Of a stretch of DNA of 36,613 bases, positions 1-7,317 are shown piece by piece. Made by a program: the position numbers and the translations under genes. The stretch spans positions 1 to 36,613 of the forward strand of contig DUKA01000095.1 of assembly GCA_013329615.1 (NCBI GenBank). The letters are read 5' to 3'. The first letter of the stretch is position 1; each line of letters starts with the position of its first letter. The notes beneath the pieces are model-generated. The model saw only the letters and a program-made list of their open reading frames with translations, was not told where the DNA came from and ran no database searches. The DNA comes from Candidatus Bathyarchaeota archaeon (GTDB lineage Archaea; Thermoproteota; Bathyarchaeia; TCS64).

Positions 1-233
1 CTGTGGTAGAGGCGATAGTTCCTCCCGGTCGGCAGCCCCTCTCCGAACTCGACCGCCGCCTCCCTCCCCTCGGGGGTGGACAGGAGGACGTTGCTGTTCG
101 GTCCAGTGATGCAGGGGCGCTCGGTGTGCCTTATGTGGATTATCGCCGGCTTACCCGGCTCAAGCCCCGCCGCACTCGTGAGGAGGCTGCGCGCCGACGC
201 AGCCCAGTCGACTCTGCCAAGAATACCCACCAT
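1..233 (-). CDS. Histidine phosphatase (phosphoglycerate-mutase-like) family protein, N-terminal part; the gene runs off the left edge
   Basis: Hand translation of the minus strand from ATG 233..231 gives MVGILGRVDWAASARSLLTSAAGLEPGKPAIIHIRHTERPCITGPNSNVLLSTPEGREAAVEFGEGL... It has an IRHxER-type catalytic motif and an (L)SxxGReqA-like segment typical of the histidine phosphatase superfamily. It is not in the ORF track because no stop lies inside the window. The plus-strand ORFs 3..281 and 76..348 look like shadows of it. Confidence 0.55.
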   Translation of the reverse strand, partial: MVGILGRVDWAASARSLLTSAAGLEPGKPAIIHIRHTERPCITGPNSNVLLSTPEGREAAVEFGEGLPTGRNYRLYH

Positions 234-370
234 GCAGAGGAATGGGGCGCCCTCAGTTTATCTAACCTACCCTACTCGTAGAAAATGCGTTTCATTGATC
301 ACGTATTTAAAAAAGAGTGATCAGTGGATTGCTCGGAGTGTTATATAGCAACGATAACTGGAGCAGCAGT

Positions 371-1348
371 CTACTCATAGAAGTCGGGCTTTGAAGCCCA
401 CGCCGGGTAGTCCACCTTCTTCAGCAGGGGTTTGTTCTTCGGCCACATGGGCTTCTGGAGGTAGGTGTAGCACTCGTTGCGGCTCTGCTGGAGGGTGTTG
501 TGGAGCTTCGTCGTCTTGCGGTACTCGCGGAGCTCGTCGATGTCGATGACTGCGCCGATGGTCATCTGGCGTCCCTTCGCGGCTACGGCGATGGGCCTGC
601 CCATAAAGTCGACTATCATGCTGTTGCCGTACTTCGCCTCGTTCGCGTTCACGCCGTAGACCATGTTCTCGATGCTCCTCATCTTGTTCACGACCGTGTA
701 CCAGTCGTATGGGTCGAACATGAGTTCCTGCGGGTAGGGTGGGAAGACTGTGGGCTTCATGATTACCTCGGCGCCGTTGAAGGCGAGCTGCCTCGCCACC
801 TCGGGGAAGAATTGGTCGTAGCAGACCATGCATGCGAGGTTGCCCAGCTCAGTCTTCGCCACGGGAAACAGTGGAGCCTTGTAGTCGTCGAGGACATCGT
901 GTGGGCTAGTCGTCAGCTCGAGGGGTATCCACGGGTTGATCTTTCTGTACTTGAGTATGATCTTGCCCTTGGGGTTCATGAGGAAAGCGGTGTTGAAGTA
1001 GTAGTCGGGGAACTCGGGGTCCCTCTCGTGGAGGCTGGCGGAGACGTATGTGCCCCACTTCTTCGCCATAACCGCGATGGCGTCCGTCTCAGGCCCCGGC
1101 ATCTCGATCGCCGTGGCCACGCGCATCTTCTGGTCCTGCCTCGGGTCCGCCTCGTTGTATTCGTGGCGCAGGATGTTCTCCGGGAAGACCGTCAGCTTCA
1201 CGGGTATCGTCTCCTCCCAAGTTTCGAGGCTCTGGAAGCTGGCGAGCACACGTTCGAGGTTTATCTTCTTGCGCGCATCGATGTCGGGGACCTCCTCCGG
1301 ATTGACACGCATGTACTGAACTATCGCGGCCGAGTAACGGTGGACCAT
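371..1348 (-). CDS. Carbon-nitrogen hydrolase (nitrilase superfamily), aliphatic amidase/formamidase-like
   Basis: 325 aa. NTAFLMNPKGKIILKYRKINPWIPLE resembles the AmiE/AmiF block, and the catalytic Cys context is LACMVCYDQFFPE. ATG start. TATA-like AATAATAG (minus sense) lies about 30 nt upstream. Confidence 0.85.
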   Translation of the reverse strand: MVHRYSAAIVQYMRVNPEEVPDIDARKKINLERVLASFQSLETWEETIPVKLTVFPENILRHEYNEADPRQDQKMRVATAIEMPGPETDAIAVMAKKWGTYVSASLHERDPEFPDYYFNTAFLMNPKGKIILKYRKINPWIPLELTTSPHDVLDDYKAPLFPVAKTELGNLACMVCYDQFFPEVARQLAFNGAEVIMKPTVFPPYPQELMFDPYDWYTVVNKMRSIENMVYGVNANEAKYGNSMIVDFMGRPIAVAAKGRQMTIGAVIDIDELREYRKTTKLHNTLQQSRNECYTYLQKPMWPKNKPLLKKVDYPAWASKPDFYE

Positions 1349-1499
1349 GCTGTTTTCCCATCAGGGGCGAGCAGCTATTATTCCTTACGACATGTTTGTG
1401 TCAAAACGGTGCTCGAGTGCCCCGGTTGGGGCTACGTGACCGCGTGTGTGAAATCTTATACCCACCAACCGGGCATATCCAGCCCATCAGGTGCCGACG

Positions 1500-2699
1500 A
1501 TGACTAGAAGCAAGATGAAGAGGGACGACCAGCAGTGGGTCCTCGACTGGATAGTCAAGACGACGGGCAGGGTGCAGAACCTCGCCAACGACGAGCGCGA
1601 CCTCCCCAAGGAGGTCAAGTCGTACAGGATGATCCCGCGTGTCCTCTACAAGGAGGCGCGCCACATAGAGGGGATCGCGAAGGCCGCCGAGGCCGCGGGG
1701 CACACAGACACGGCGCGCCAACTCTACCGCAGGGCCAGCCAGGTCTACCACGAGGCCCAGCACAGCATCTTCGAGGACGACAACAAGGAGAAGATATTCC
1801 TGCACAGCAAGCACATCGAGTGCGCCGACAAGGTCGCCGCCTACGCCGACTACCCAATCGAAAAGGTGGAGATACCATGGGAGGGCGTCCAGATACAGGG
1901 CCGCTTCCACCTGCTCAGGGACAGGCGCAAGGCACCCGCCGTCCTCTTCCTCCCCGGCATGGACATGACCAAAGAGGCGTTCCCCAACCCCCTCGCCAAC
2001 CCCTTCCTCCGCCGCGGCATGCACGTCCTCAGCATCGACGGCCCGGGGCAGGGCATGAGCAACATACGCAAGATCAGGGTCAGCGACGACAACTACGAGC
2101 GCGCCGCGATGGCGGCGATCGACTGGCTCGTCTCCCGTCCCGAGGTCGACCCGACGCAGATAGTGATCTCGGGCATCAGCTTCGGCTGCCACTGGGGCGT
2201 CAGAACGGCTGCGATCGATAAGCGTGTCCGCGCCCTCGCCACCACCTACGCCGTCGTCGGCCCCAAGAAGGCCATCTTCGGCGAAGCGTCCCCACGCTTC
2301 AAGCAGATGTTCATGTACATGGCCGGCCAAACCGACGAGGCCGAGTTCGACGCCATGGCGGAGAAGATGGACACCGCGGGCTTCGCCGAGAGGATCAACT
2401 GCCCCACACTCCTCACAATGGGCGAATACGACCCCCTCTGCCACCTAGAAGCAGCGGTTGACTTCTTCGACGAACTGAAATGCCCCAAGGAGCTCTGGGT
2501 CCTCGAGAACGAGTTCCACCGCATAAGCCTGCGCGAGGGCATCGGCGGCATCGAGATCTACCCATACATCGCCGACTGGCTCCGCGACGAGCTCGACGGC
2601 AAGCACCCCAAGACCCTCAACAAGACCATACTCGTGAAGCAGAAGAGCGGCCTCGGCCCATACGAGGCGCCCACCGACTCGCTGAACATACCCCGTTAA
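1500..2699 (+). CDS. Alpha/beta hydrolase (dienelactone hydrolase / 2,6-dihydroxypseudooxynicotine hydrolase-like)
   Basis: Nucleophile elbow GISFG, size about 400 aa, and overall alpha/beta-hydrolase pattern (FLPGMDMTKE...). The track starts at GTG 1491. In-frame ATG 1500 has AGGTG 8 nt upstream, so 1500 is preferred, but the start is uncertain. Confidence 0.75.
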   Translation: MTRSKMKRDDQQWVLDWIVKTTGRVQNLANDERDLPKEVKSYRMIPRVLYKEARHIEGIAKAAEAAGHTDTARQLYRRASQVYHEAQHSIFEDDNKEKIFLHSKHIECADKVAAYADYPIEKVEIPWEGVQIQGRFHLLRDRRKAPAVLFLPGMDMTKEAFPNPLANPFLRRGMHVLSIDGPGQGMSNIRKIRVSDDNYERAAMAAIDWLVSRPEVDPTQIVISGISFGCHWGVRTAAIDKRVRALATTYAVVGPKKAIFGEASPRFKQMFMYMAGQTDEAEFDAMAEKMDTAGFAERINCPTLLTMGEYDPLCHLEAAVDFFDELKCPKELWVLENEFHRISLREGIGGIEIYPYIADWLRDELDGKHPKTLNKTILVKQKSGLGPYEAPTDSLNIPR

Positions 2700-3343
2700 G
2701 CCTTCACGCGGTAGAGCTTGGCGCGTGCCACGCTCCCCACCTCTTCTATCAACCCCATCTTGGCGAGACAATAGACCATCCGACGGGCGAGAGTAATCCT
2801 AAGCTTCGAGGACTTGCTCAGTTGCCGTGCCGTGAATGCGCCGTTCATCTCGGGGAGCAGGCGCAGGTAGTCGGCGGGCTTCTCGAAGACCTCCCTGCCC
2901 ACGACCTCGACGAGGTGCCTCTCGGTCACCGTGTACCGCGTCCTCCTCTTCCCCCTCCACCTGACCGCCTGCGCCTCCTCGGCGTGGACCATCAACACCT
3001 CGAGGGAGAAGTTGGGGTCGAGGGGAAGCGTCGGGCAGTAGACGAGCTCGTTGAAGACCTCCTCGACGCGCCCCACGCGGGGGGAGACCCGGCGCCGCCG
3101 TTTACCGTCAACATCCCTGATTATCCAGCGCCTCTCCGGCACCGGGTGGACGAGCCTGACCCTATACCCTTTCAACAGCTTCGCCAGCTTCGCCCTAATC
3201 TGGGGGAAGTTCCCAGTCTGAATCTCTATGAGCAAGTCGCCGCGGATGATGTCGGCGCGGTACCCCCAGACGGTGCCCTCGACGAGGTCCCCCGGCTCAC
3301 GCAGCCACTCCTTCAACTCGGCGTGGAGACCCCTCTCAGGCAT
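2696..3343 (-). CDS. Hypothetical protein: N-terminal PD-(D/E)xK nuclease-like core plus C-terminal winged-helix-like region (DUF2161-like layout)
   Basis: 215 aa. The N-terminus is LHAELKEWL...VEGTVWGYRADIIRGDLLIEIQTG (a D...ExQ/K-type motif after a beta-hairpin). The basic middle part is followed by a C-terminal helix-turn-helix-like LARRMVYCLAKMGLIEEV. TATA-like TTATATTT (minus sense, about 3366-3374) lies about 25 nt upstream of the ATG, so the mRNA is probably leaderless. The functional call is weak. Confidence 0.6.
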   Translation of the reverse strand: MPERGLHAELKEWLREPGDLVEGTVWGYRADIIRGDLLIEIQTGNFPQIRAKLAKLLKGYRVRLVHPVPERRWIIRDVDGKRRRRVSPRVGRVEEVFNELVYCPTLPLDPNFSLEVLMVHAEEAQAVRWRGKRRTRYTVTERHLVEVVGREVFEKPADYLRLLPEMNGAFTARQLSKSSKLRITLARRMVYCLAKMGLIEEVGSVARAKLYRVKA

Positions 3344-3590
3344 GGATACAAAAACCAGCCTTGAGAAATATAACTGAGATCAAGCGAGAAAAACCAACGA
3401 CATAGACCCTTTTTTCTCGATAAGCCTAGCCACGGCTACAAGCCAAACAAATTTTTTTTGGTTATGCTATGCTACGCACGCAAACAATTTTTTTTCGAGC
3501 CATCATATGAGAAGCAAACAAGCCCGTCAATCCAGCTACGGACGTGGAAATGATGGAAAAAAGGTTATGACCGGTAAGAGGTTATCTTAT

Positions 3591-3811
3591 AACCAGCCAC
3601 AGATGTAGGAAAGCGAAAATTTTCCCAAAAACTCAACGATCCAAGAAGACTCGAATCCAGACCCCCACGCCGAATCGAAAAAACGCGTTTTTCCCTTATC
3701 ACCGGTAGCAGGAGATAATCACCCAGCCACAGCGAAAACTCCCGTAGAGCCCACACCAAGCCACAGAAGCGGAAACGACGAATTTCCGAGGAAACTAAAC
3801 GATCCAAGAAG
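3591..3811. repeat. Degenerate ~58-nt direct repeat (3591-3648 and 3754-3811) with a partial third copy (3720-3751) in the AT-rich spacer downstream of ilvC
   Basis: Shared perfect cores are AACGATCCAAGAAG (3635-3648 and 3798-3811) and AGCCACAG (3595-3602, 3725-3732, 3759-3766). The rest aligns with mismatches and indels. Confidence 0.6.
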
Positions 3812-3817
3812 GAGGGG

Positions 3818-4816
3818 CTACTTCTCGAGCCCGCTCATCTTCCTGATCTGCCTGCCGACCTTCTCGATCTCGAGCCCGTCGACCTCCTCCATGAGCGCCT
3901 TGAAGTTCTTGGAGCCGCCCTTGTACTCGGCCATCCAGTCCTTTGCGAACTTGCCGCTCTGGACATCCTTCAGCACCTTCCTCATGTTCTCCTCGACACG
4001 GTCGTCGACGATCACAGGCCCAACGGTGAGGCCGCCCCACTTCGCCGTGTCGCTCACGGCGCGGTACATGCCCCCGATGCCCGACGTATAGATCAAGTCA
4101 ACGATCAGCTTGAGCTCATTACAGACCTCAAAGTACGCCAACTCGGGCGGGTAACCCGCGTCGACCAACACCTTGAAGCCGCGGCGGATGAGCTGATCCG
4201 CGCCTCCGCAGAGGACAGCCTGCTCACCGAATAGGTCCTCCTCAGTCTCGTCCTTAAACGATGTCTCGAGGACACCCGCCTTGCCGCTACCAAGCGCCTT
4301 GGCGATCGCGAGGGCCGTCTGCAGCGCCTTGCCCGACGCGTCCTGCTGGACGCTGACGAGCGCCGGCACACCGAAACCCGCCTCATACTGACGGCGAAGC
4401 TCCGCGCCGGGGCTCTTCGGGGCGACCATGATGACGTCCACATCCTTCGGCGGCTTGATGGCACCGTAGAGGATGTTGAAGCCGTGTGCGAACTGGAGCG
4501 TCTTGCCCTTCTTCATAGCGAGGGCGACCTCCTCCTTCCACACCGTGGGCTGTGCCATGTCGGGGACAAGCATCAGCACGATGTCCCCCTTCTGCGCCGC
4601 CTCGAGGACCGTCGTCACCTTGACGCCGTCAGCCTCGGCCTTCTTCCAGCTCTTGCCACCCGGGCGGAGACCGACGACCACGTCGACCCCGCTGTCCTTC
4701 ATGTTAAGGGCCTGTGCCCTGCCCTGGCTTCCGTAGCCGATCACGGCGACGGTCTTACCCTTCAACGCCTTGTCGTCTATGTCCTTCTCGTGGTATACCT
4801 TCACCAATGCATTCAC
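3818..4816 (-). CDS. ilvC: Ketol-acid reductoisomerase (class I)
   Basis: 332 aa. N-terminal Rossmann motif VAVIGYGSQGRAQALN, and conserved C-terminal knotted-domain blocks (FGEQAVLCGG, ELAYFE). Follows ilvN with a 4-nt overlap. Confidence 0.97.
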   Translation of the reverse strand: MNALVKVYHEKDIDDKALKGKTVAVIGYGSQGRAQALNMKDSGVDVVVGLRPGGKSWKKAEADGVKVTTVLEAAQKGDIVLMLVPDMAQPTVWKEEVALAMKKGKTLQFAHGFNILYGAIKPPKDVDVIMVAPKSPGAELRRQYEAGFGVPALVSVQQDASGKALQTALAIAKALGSGKAGVLETSFKDETEEDLFGEQAVLCGGADQLIRRGFKVLVDAGYPPELAYFEVCNELKLIVDLIYTSGIGGMYRAVSDTAKWGGLTVGPVIVDDRVEENMRKVLKDVQSGKFAKDWMAEYKGGSKNFKALMEEVDGLEIEKVGRQIRKMSGLEK

Positions 4817-5313
4817 TTCTCCAGCTTGAGCCGCCCCTTCTCTATGGCGGTCACACCCGTCCTCGACACCTCCTCCACCCCTATCGGGGTCACGGCGGCG
4901 AGGAACGCGTCTATATCCGCAGACTCACCCGTGACCTCGGCTATAAGGTTGTCCGGCTCGATGTTCAGAATCAGCCCGTGGTAGTCGTTTACCAACTTCA
5001 ATGCCTCCTCCCTCGCCATCGGGTCGGTGGTCGTGAGCTTCACGAGTGCGAGCTCCCTGTTGACTGCACGGAGCGGGTCAAGGCGCTTCACCTCGATCAC
5101 GTCCACCATCTTGTCGAGCTGCTCGACCACCTGATTGACGCCCCGGGCGTCCGCCTGAACGACGATGGTTATCCTTACCGTGTCGTCGTCAAGCACCGTC
5201 CCCGCCGTGATGCTATGGATGTTGAAGTTCTTCCGCCTAAACATGTTGCTGATGTTGAACAGCACACCCGGCCTGTTCTCGACGAGGAACGCGACTACAT
5301 GCATCTCACTCAT
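4813..5313 (-). CDS. ilvN: Acetolactate synthase small (regulatory) subunit, copy 1
   Basis: 166 aa. N-terminal ACT domain (VVAFLVENRPGVLFNISNMFRRKNFNIHSIT) and an ilvN C-terminal domain. Sits directly downstream of ilvB. Confidence 0.93.
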   Translation of the reverse strand: MSEMHVVAFLVENRPGVLFNISNMFRRKNFNIHSITAGTVLDDDTVRITIVVQADARGVNQVVEQLDKMVDVIEVKRLDPLRAVNRELALVKLTTTDPMAREEALKLVNDYHGLILNIEPDNLIAEVTGESADIDAFLAAVTPIGVEEVSRTGVTAIEKGRLKLEK

Positions 5314-5315
5314 TT

Positions 5316-7007
5316 TTATGCCTCCAGCAGCGCGTCCTTGAGCCCCGCACCCGGCGGAACTATGGGGTACACGTTCTCCTCTGGGTCTATTGGTACATCG
5401 ATGACTGTCGAGACGTCGCTCTTTATGGCGCGCCTGACGGCGGCCTGGAAGCCTTCGAGGGTGTCGACCCTGACTCCCTCAGCCCCGTACGCCTCTGCGA
5501 GCTTCACCATGTCAGGGTTGCCCTTGAGCTTAACCGCGGAGTAGCGGTGGTCGAAGAAAAGGCGCTGCCACTGCGCGACCATGCCGAGCATGTGATTGTT
5601 GAGCACGACGACGACCACGGGGAGGTCCTCCTCGATGCTCGTCGCCATGCTGTTCTCGGTCATGCCGAAGCTTCCGTCGCCCGCGATGTCGACGACGGGG
5701 ACGTCGGGCCTCGCCGCCTTGACGCCTATCGCGGCTGGGAAGCCCCAGCCCATCGTGCCTAGGCCGCCGCTCGTGAAGAATGTGCGTGGGTCGTATGCGT
5801 CGTAGTGTAGCGCCGCCCACATCTGGCACTGGCCGACCTCCGTAGTGACTATCGCCTCGCGTGGGAGAGCGTTACGCAGCGTCTTGACGACGTCGGGTGC
5901 CCTGAGGTAGCCCTCCTTGTGCCCGTTGCCGGTGCCATTCATCTGGAGGCGGAACTCGGAGACCCTCTTGCTCCACTGGGAGCCGGCGTCGCCGCTGGCG
6001 CGTAGCTTGCTCACGTTGTAGAGCAGACCGCGCAGGCCGAGGCTGGCGTCTCCGACGACGCGTGTCACGGTCTCCACGTTCTTGTCTATCTCGCTCCTGT
6101 CGATGTCGAGGTGGATGACCTTCGCGTTTGGCGCGAAGCTCTTCACGGAGCCTGTCGTCCTGTCGCTGAGGCGCGCCCCGGCGATTAGGAGCACATCCGC
6201 CTCTGGGACGAGGTTGTTCGCCGCCTGCGTGCCATGCATGCCGCACAGGCCGAGGCTGAGCGGGTGGTCAGCGGGGAACGCGCCCTTGCCCATTAGTGTT
6301 GTTGCGGTTGGTGCCATAAGGTACTCGCATAGGGCGACCAGCTCGCGGCTCGCGCCGGAGTTGATGATGCCGCCGCCGGCGACCACGACGGGTCTCTGCG
6401 CCTTCGCTAGCAGGTTCGCCGCCCACTCCACCTCGCGCGGGTCGGGCTGGTAGTTGGGGTGGTAGCCCCTGAGCTTGACGGTCTCGGGGAAGCTGACGTC
6501 CTCCACATCCGTGGTGACGTCCTTGGGCAGGTCGACGAGGACCGCGCCCCGCCGCCCCGTCGAGGCGATCTGGAAGGCGGTCTTGACCGCTTTCGGTATC
6601 TCACTTGCCTTCCTGACCTGCATGTTGTACTTGGTGACGGAGGCGCTGCACCCGATGATGTCGACCTCCTGGAAGGCGTCTGTGCCGATGGTGGCGCGTG
6701 TGACCTGCCCCGTGAAGGCGACGACGGCACTCGAGTCGCTGTGTGCGGTAGCGATGCCGGTGACGACGTTTGTCGCGCCAGGTCCCGAGGTGGCGAGACA
6801 GACCCCGACTCCGCCCGTCGCGCGGGCGTAGCCGTCAGCCATGTGAGCGGCCCCCTGCTCGTGCCGCGCCAGGATGAACCTGAAGTCTCCGTTTAGTATC
6901 TCGTCGCAGAGCGGGATGACGACCCCGCCGGGGAGCCCGAAAACGTATTTGACACCCTCCAATTCGAGGGACTTCACGAATGCCTTTGTGCCAGCCATCT
7001 CAACCAT
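5316..7007 (-). CDS. ilvB: Acetolactate synthase large (catalytic) subunit, ThDP-dependent, copy 1
   Basis: ThDP-enzyme blocks are SGPGATN, GTDAFQE and GDGSFxM...NN. The track starts at TTG 7043. ATG 7007 (MVEMAGTKAFVKSL) has GGAGG 9 nt upstream and aligns residue-for-residue with the start of copy 2 (MTEMTGAEAYVKAL), so 7007 is preferred. Confidence 0.95.
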   Translation of the reverse strand: MVEMAGTKAFVKSLELEGVKYVFGLPGGVVIPLCDEILNGDFRFILARHEQGAAHMADGYARATGGVGVCLATSGPGATNVVTGIATAHSDSSAVVAFTGQVTRATIGTDAFQEVDIIGCSASVTKYNMQVRKASEIPKAVKTAFQIASTGRRGAVLVDLPKDVTTDVEDVSFPETVKLRGYHPNYQPDPREVEWAANLLAKAQRPVVVAGGGIINSGASRELVALCEYLMAPTATTLMGKGAFPADHPLSLGLCGMHGTQAANNLVPEADVLLIAGARLSDRTTGSVKSFAPNAKVIHLDIDRSEIDKNVETVTRVVGDASLGLRGLLYNVSKLRASGDAGSQWSKRVSEFRLQMNGTGNGHKEGYLRAPDVVKTLRNALPREAIVTTEVGQCQMWAALHYDAYDPRTFFTSGGLGTMGWGFPAAIGVKAARPDVPVVDIAGDGSFGMTENSMATSIEEDLPVVVVVLNNHMLGMVAQWQRLFFDHRYSAVKLKGNPDMVKLAEAYGAEGVRVDTLEGFQAAVRRAIKSDVSTVIDVPIDPEENVYPIVPPGAGLKDALLEA

Positions 7008-7233
7008 AGACATGCGCCTCCAAAGAGTAGAATCGGGTACCAAGCCATGCAGCTTGATCCTTTGCGGAACTCACTACAAACTGTTTAGACTCACTCGGGG
7101 TAGAGCTACCGAATAAAGCGATACCCCATCTACGCCACCCTCCACTCGGCGGCCATGATAAAGCGATACCCCATGACACCAATCTCCAAACGGTATGTAG
7201 GGGGAAGAGCGGCGGCACCGAATAAAAGGTTTG
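7008..7233 (-). promoter_or_regulatory. ilvB-1 promoter box plus long leader with two abutting mini-ORFs and hairpins
   Basis: Minus-sense CAAACCTTTTATTCG lies at 7233..7219. Mini-ORF 7174..7130 encodes MGYRFIMAAEWRVA. Mini-ORF 7129..7106 encodes MGYRFIR. A hairpin pairs GGGGTA with TACCCC (plus coordinates 7122-7127 / 7097-7102). A second hairpin is CAAGC-n6-GCTTG (7041-7056). GGAGG lies at 7021..7017. The architecture is mirrored upstream of ilvB-2. Confidence 0.5.
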
Positions 7234-7317
7234 TGAAAATATTCGGGACACACACATTTGGCTCAGTTACCCTTAACACCACCCACCGACCGATCCTACA
7301 CCGTAGAGTTGAGCCCA

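Noticed and set aside
1357-1491. CCCATCAGG occurring at both ends (1357-1365 and 1483-1491) of the amidase / hydrolase divergent spacer
   Set aside because: It is only 9 nt, and the orientation relative to the two divergent genes is not symmetric. It could easily be chance, so no feature was called.
500-2444. Long ORFs 500..1507 (+, 335 aa) and 1401..2444 (-, 347 aa), plus several 60-230 aa ORFs in this interval
   Set aside because: They lie antisense to, or out of frame with, the well-supported amidase and alpha/beta hydrolase genes. Their translations are Arg/Gly/Pro/His-rich low-complexity strings typical of shadow ORFs in high-G+C DNA.
2480-3364. 294-aa plus-strand ORF across the end of the hydrolase gene and the nuclease-like gene
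   Set aside because: It is an out-of-frame/antisense shadow with a Pro/Arg/His-rich translation.
3565-3807. 80-aa minus-strand ORF inside the repeat-rich spacer
   Set aside because: Its apparent internal repeats (FRF...) simply mirror the DNA direct repeats. The region is A/T-rich with atypical codon composition, and there is no start context. It was treated as non-coding.
3380-3817. Possible CRISPR array, tRNA remnant (TCGAATCC at 3651-3658) or C/D-box sRNA (ATGATGG at 3550-3556)
   Set aside because: The repeats are degenerate and irregularly spaced, unlike CRISPR. No complementary T-stem or acceptor stem surrounds the TCGAATCC word. No CTGA D-box lies at a suitable distance from the C-box-like word on either strand.
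7106-7174. Classical bacterial-style ilv attenuator (leader peptide with a run of Ile/Leu/Val codons plus an intrinsic terminator)
   Set aside because: The mini-ORFs contain only one or two branched-chain codons each, and no hairpin-plus-U-tract terminator follows them. The analogy is kept only as a loose hypothesis, and the regulatory mechanism is left open.
7043-7258. Track-proposed extended starts: TTG 7043 for ilvB-1, TTG 7258 for thrC (likewise 28068 for the LLM gene, 30574 for the small tfb-coupled gene, 25083 for the SDR)
   Set aside because: The extensions add non-conserved, low-complexity N-termini. They would remove the promoter and leader space or overlap neighbouring genes. Downstream ATG/GTG codons with SD-like contexts, or alignment to the paralog, fit better.
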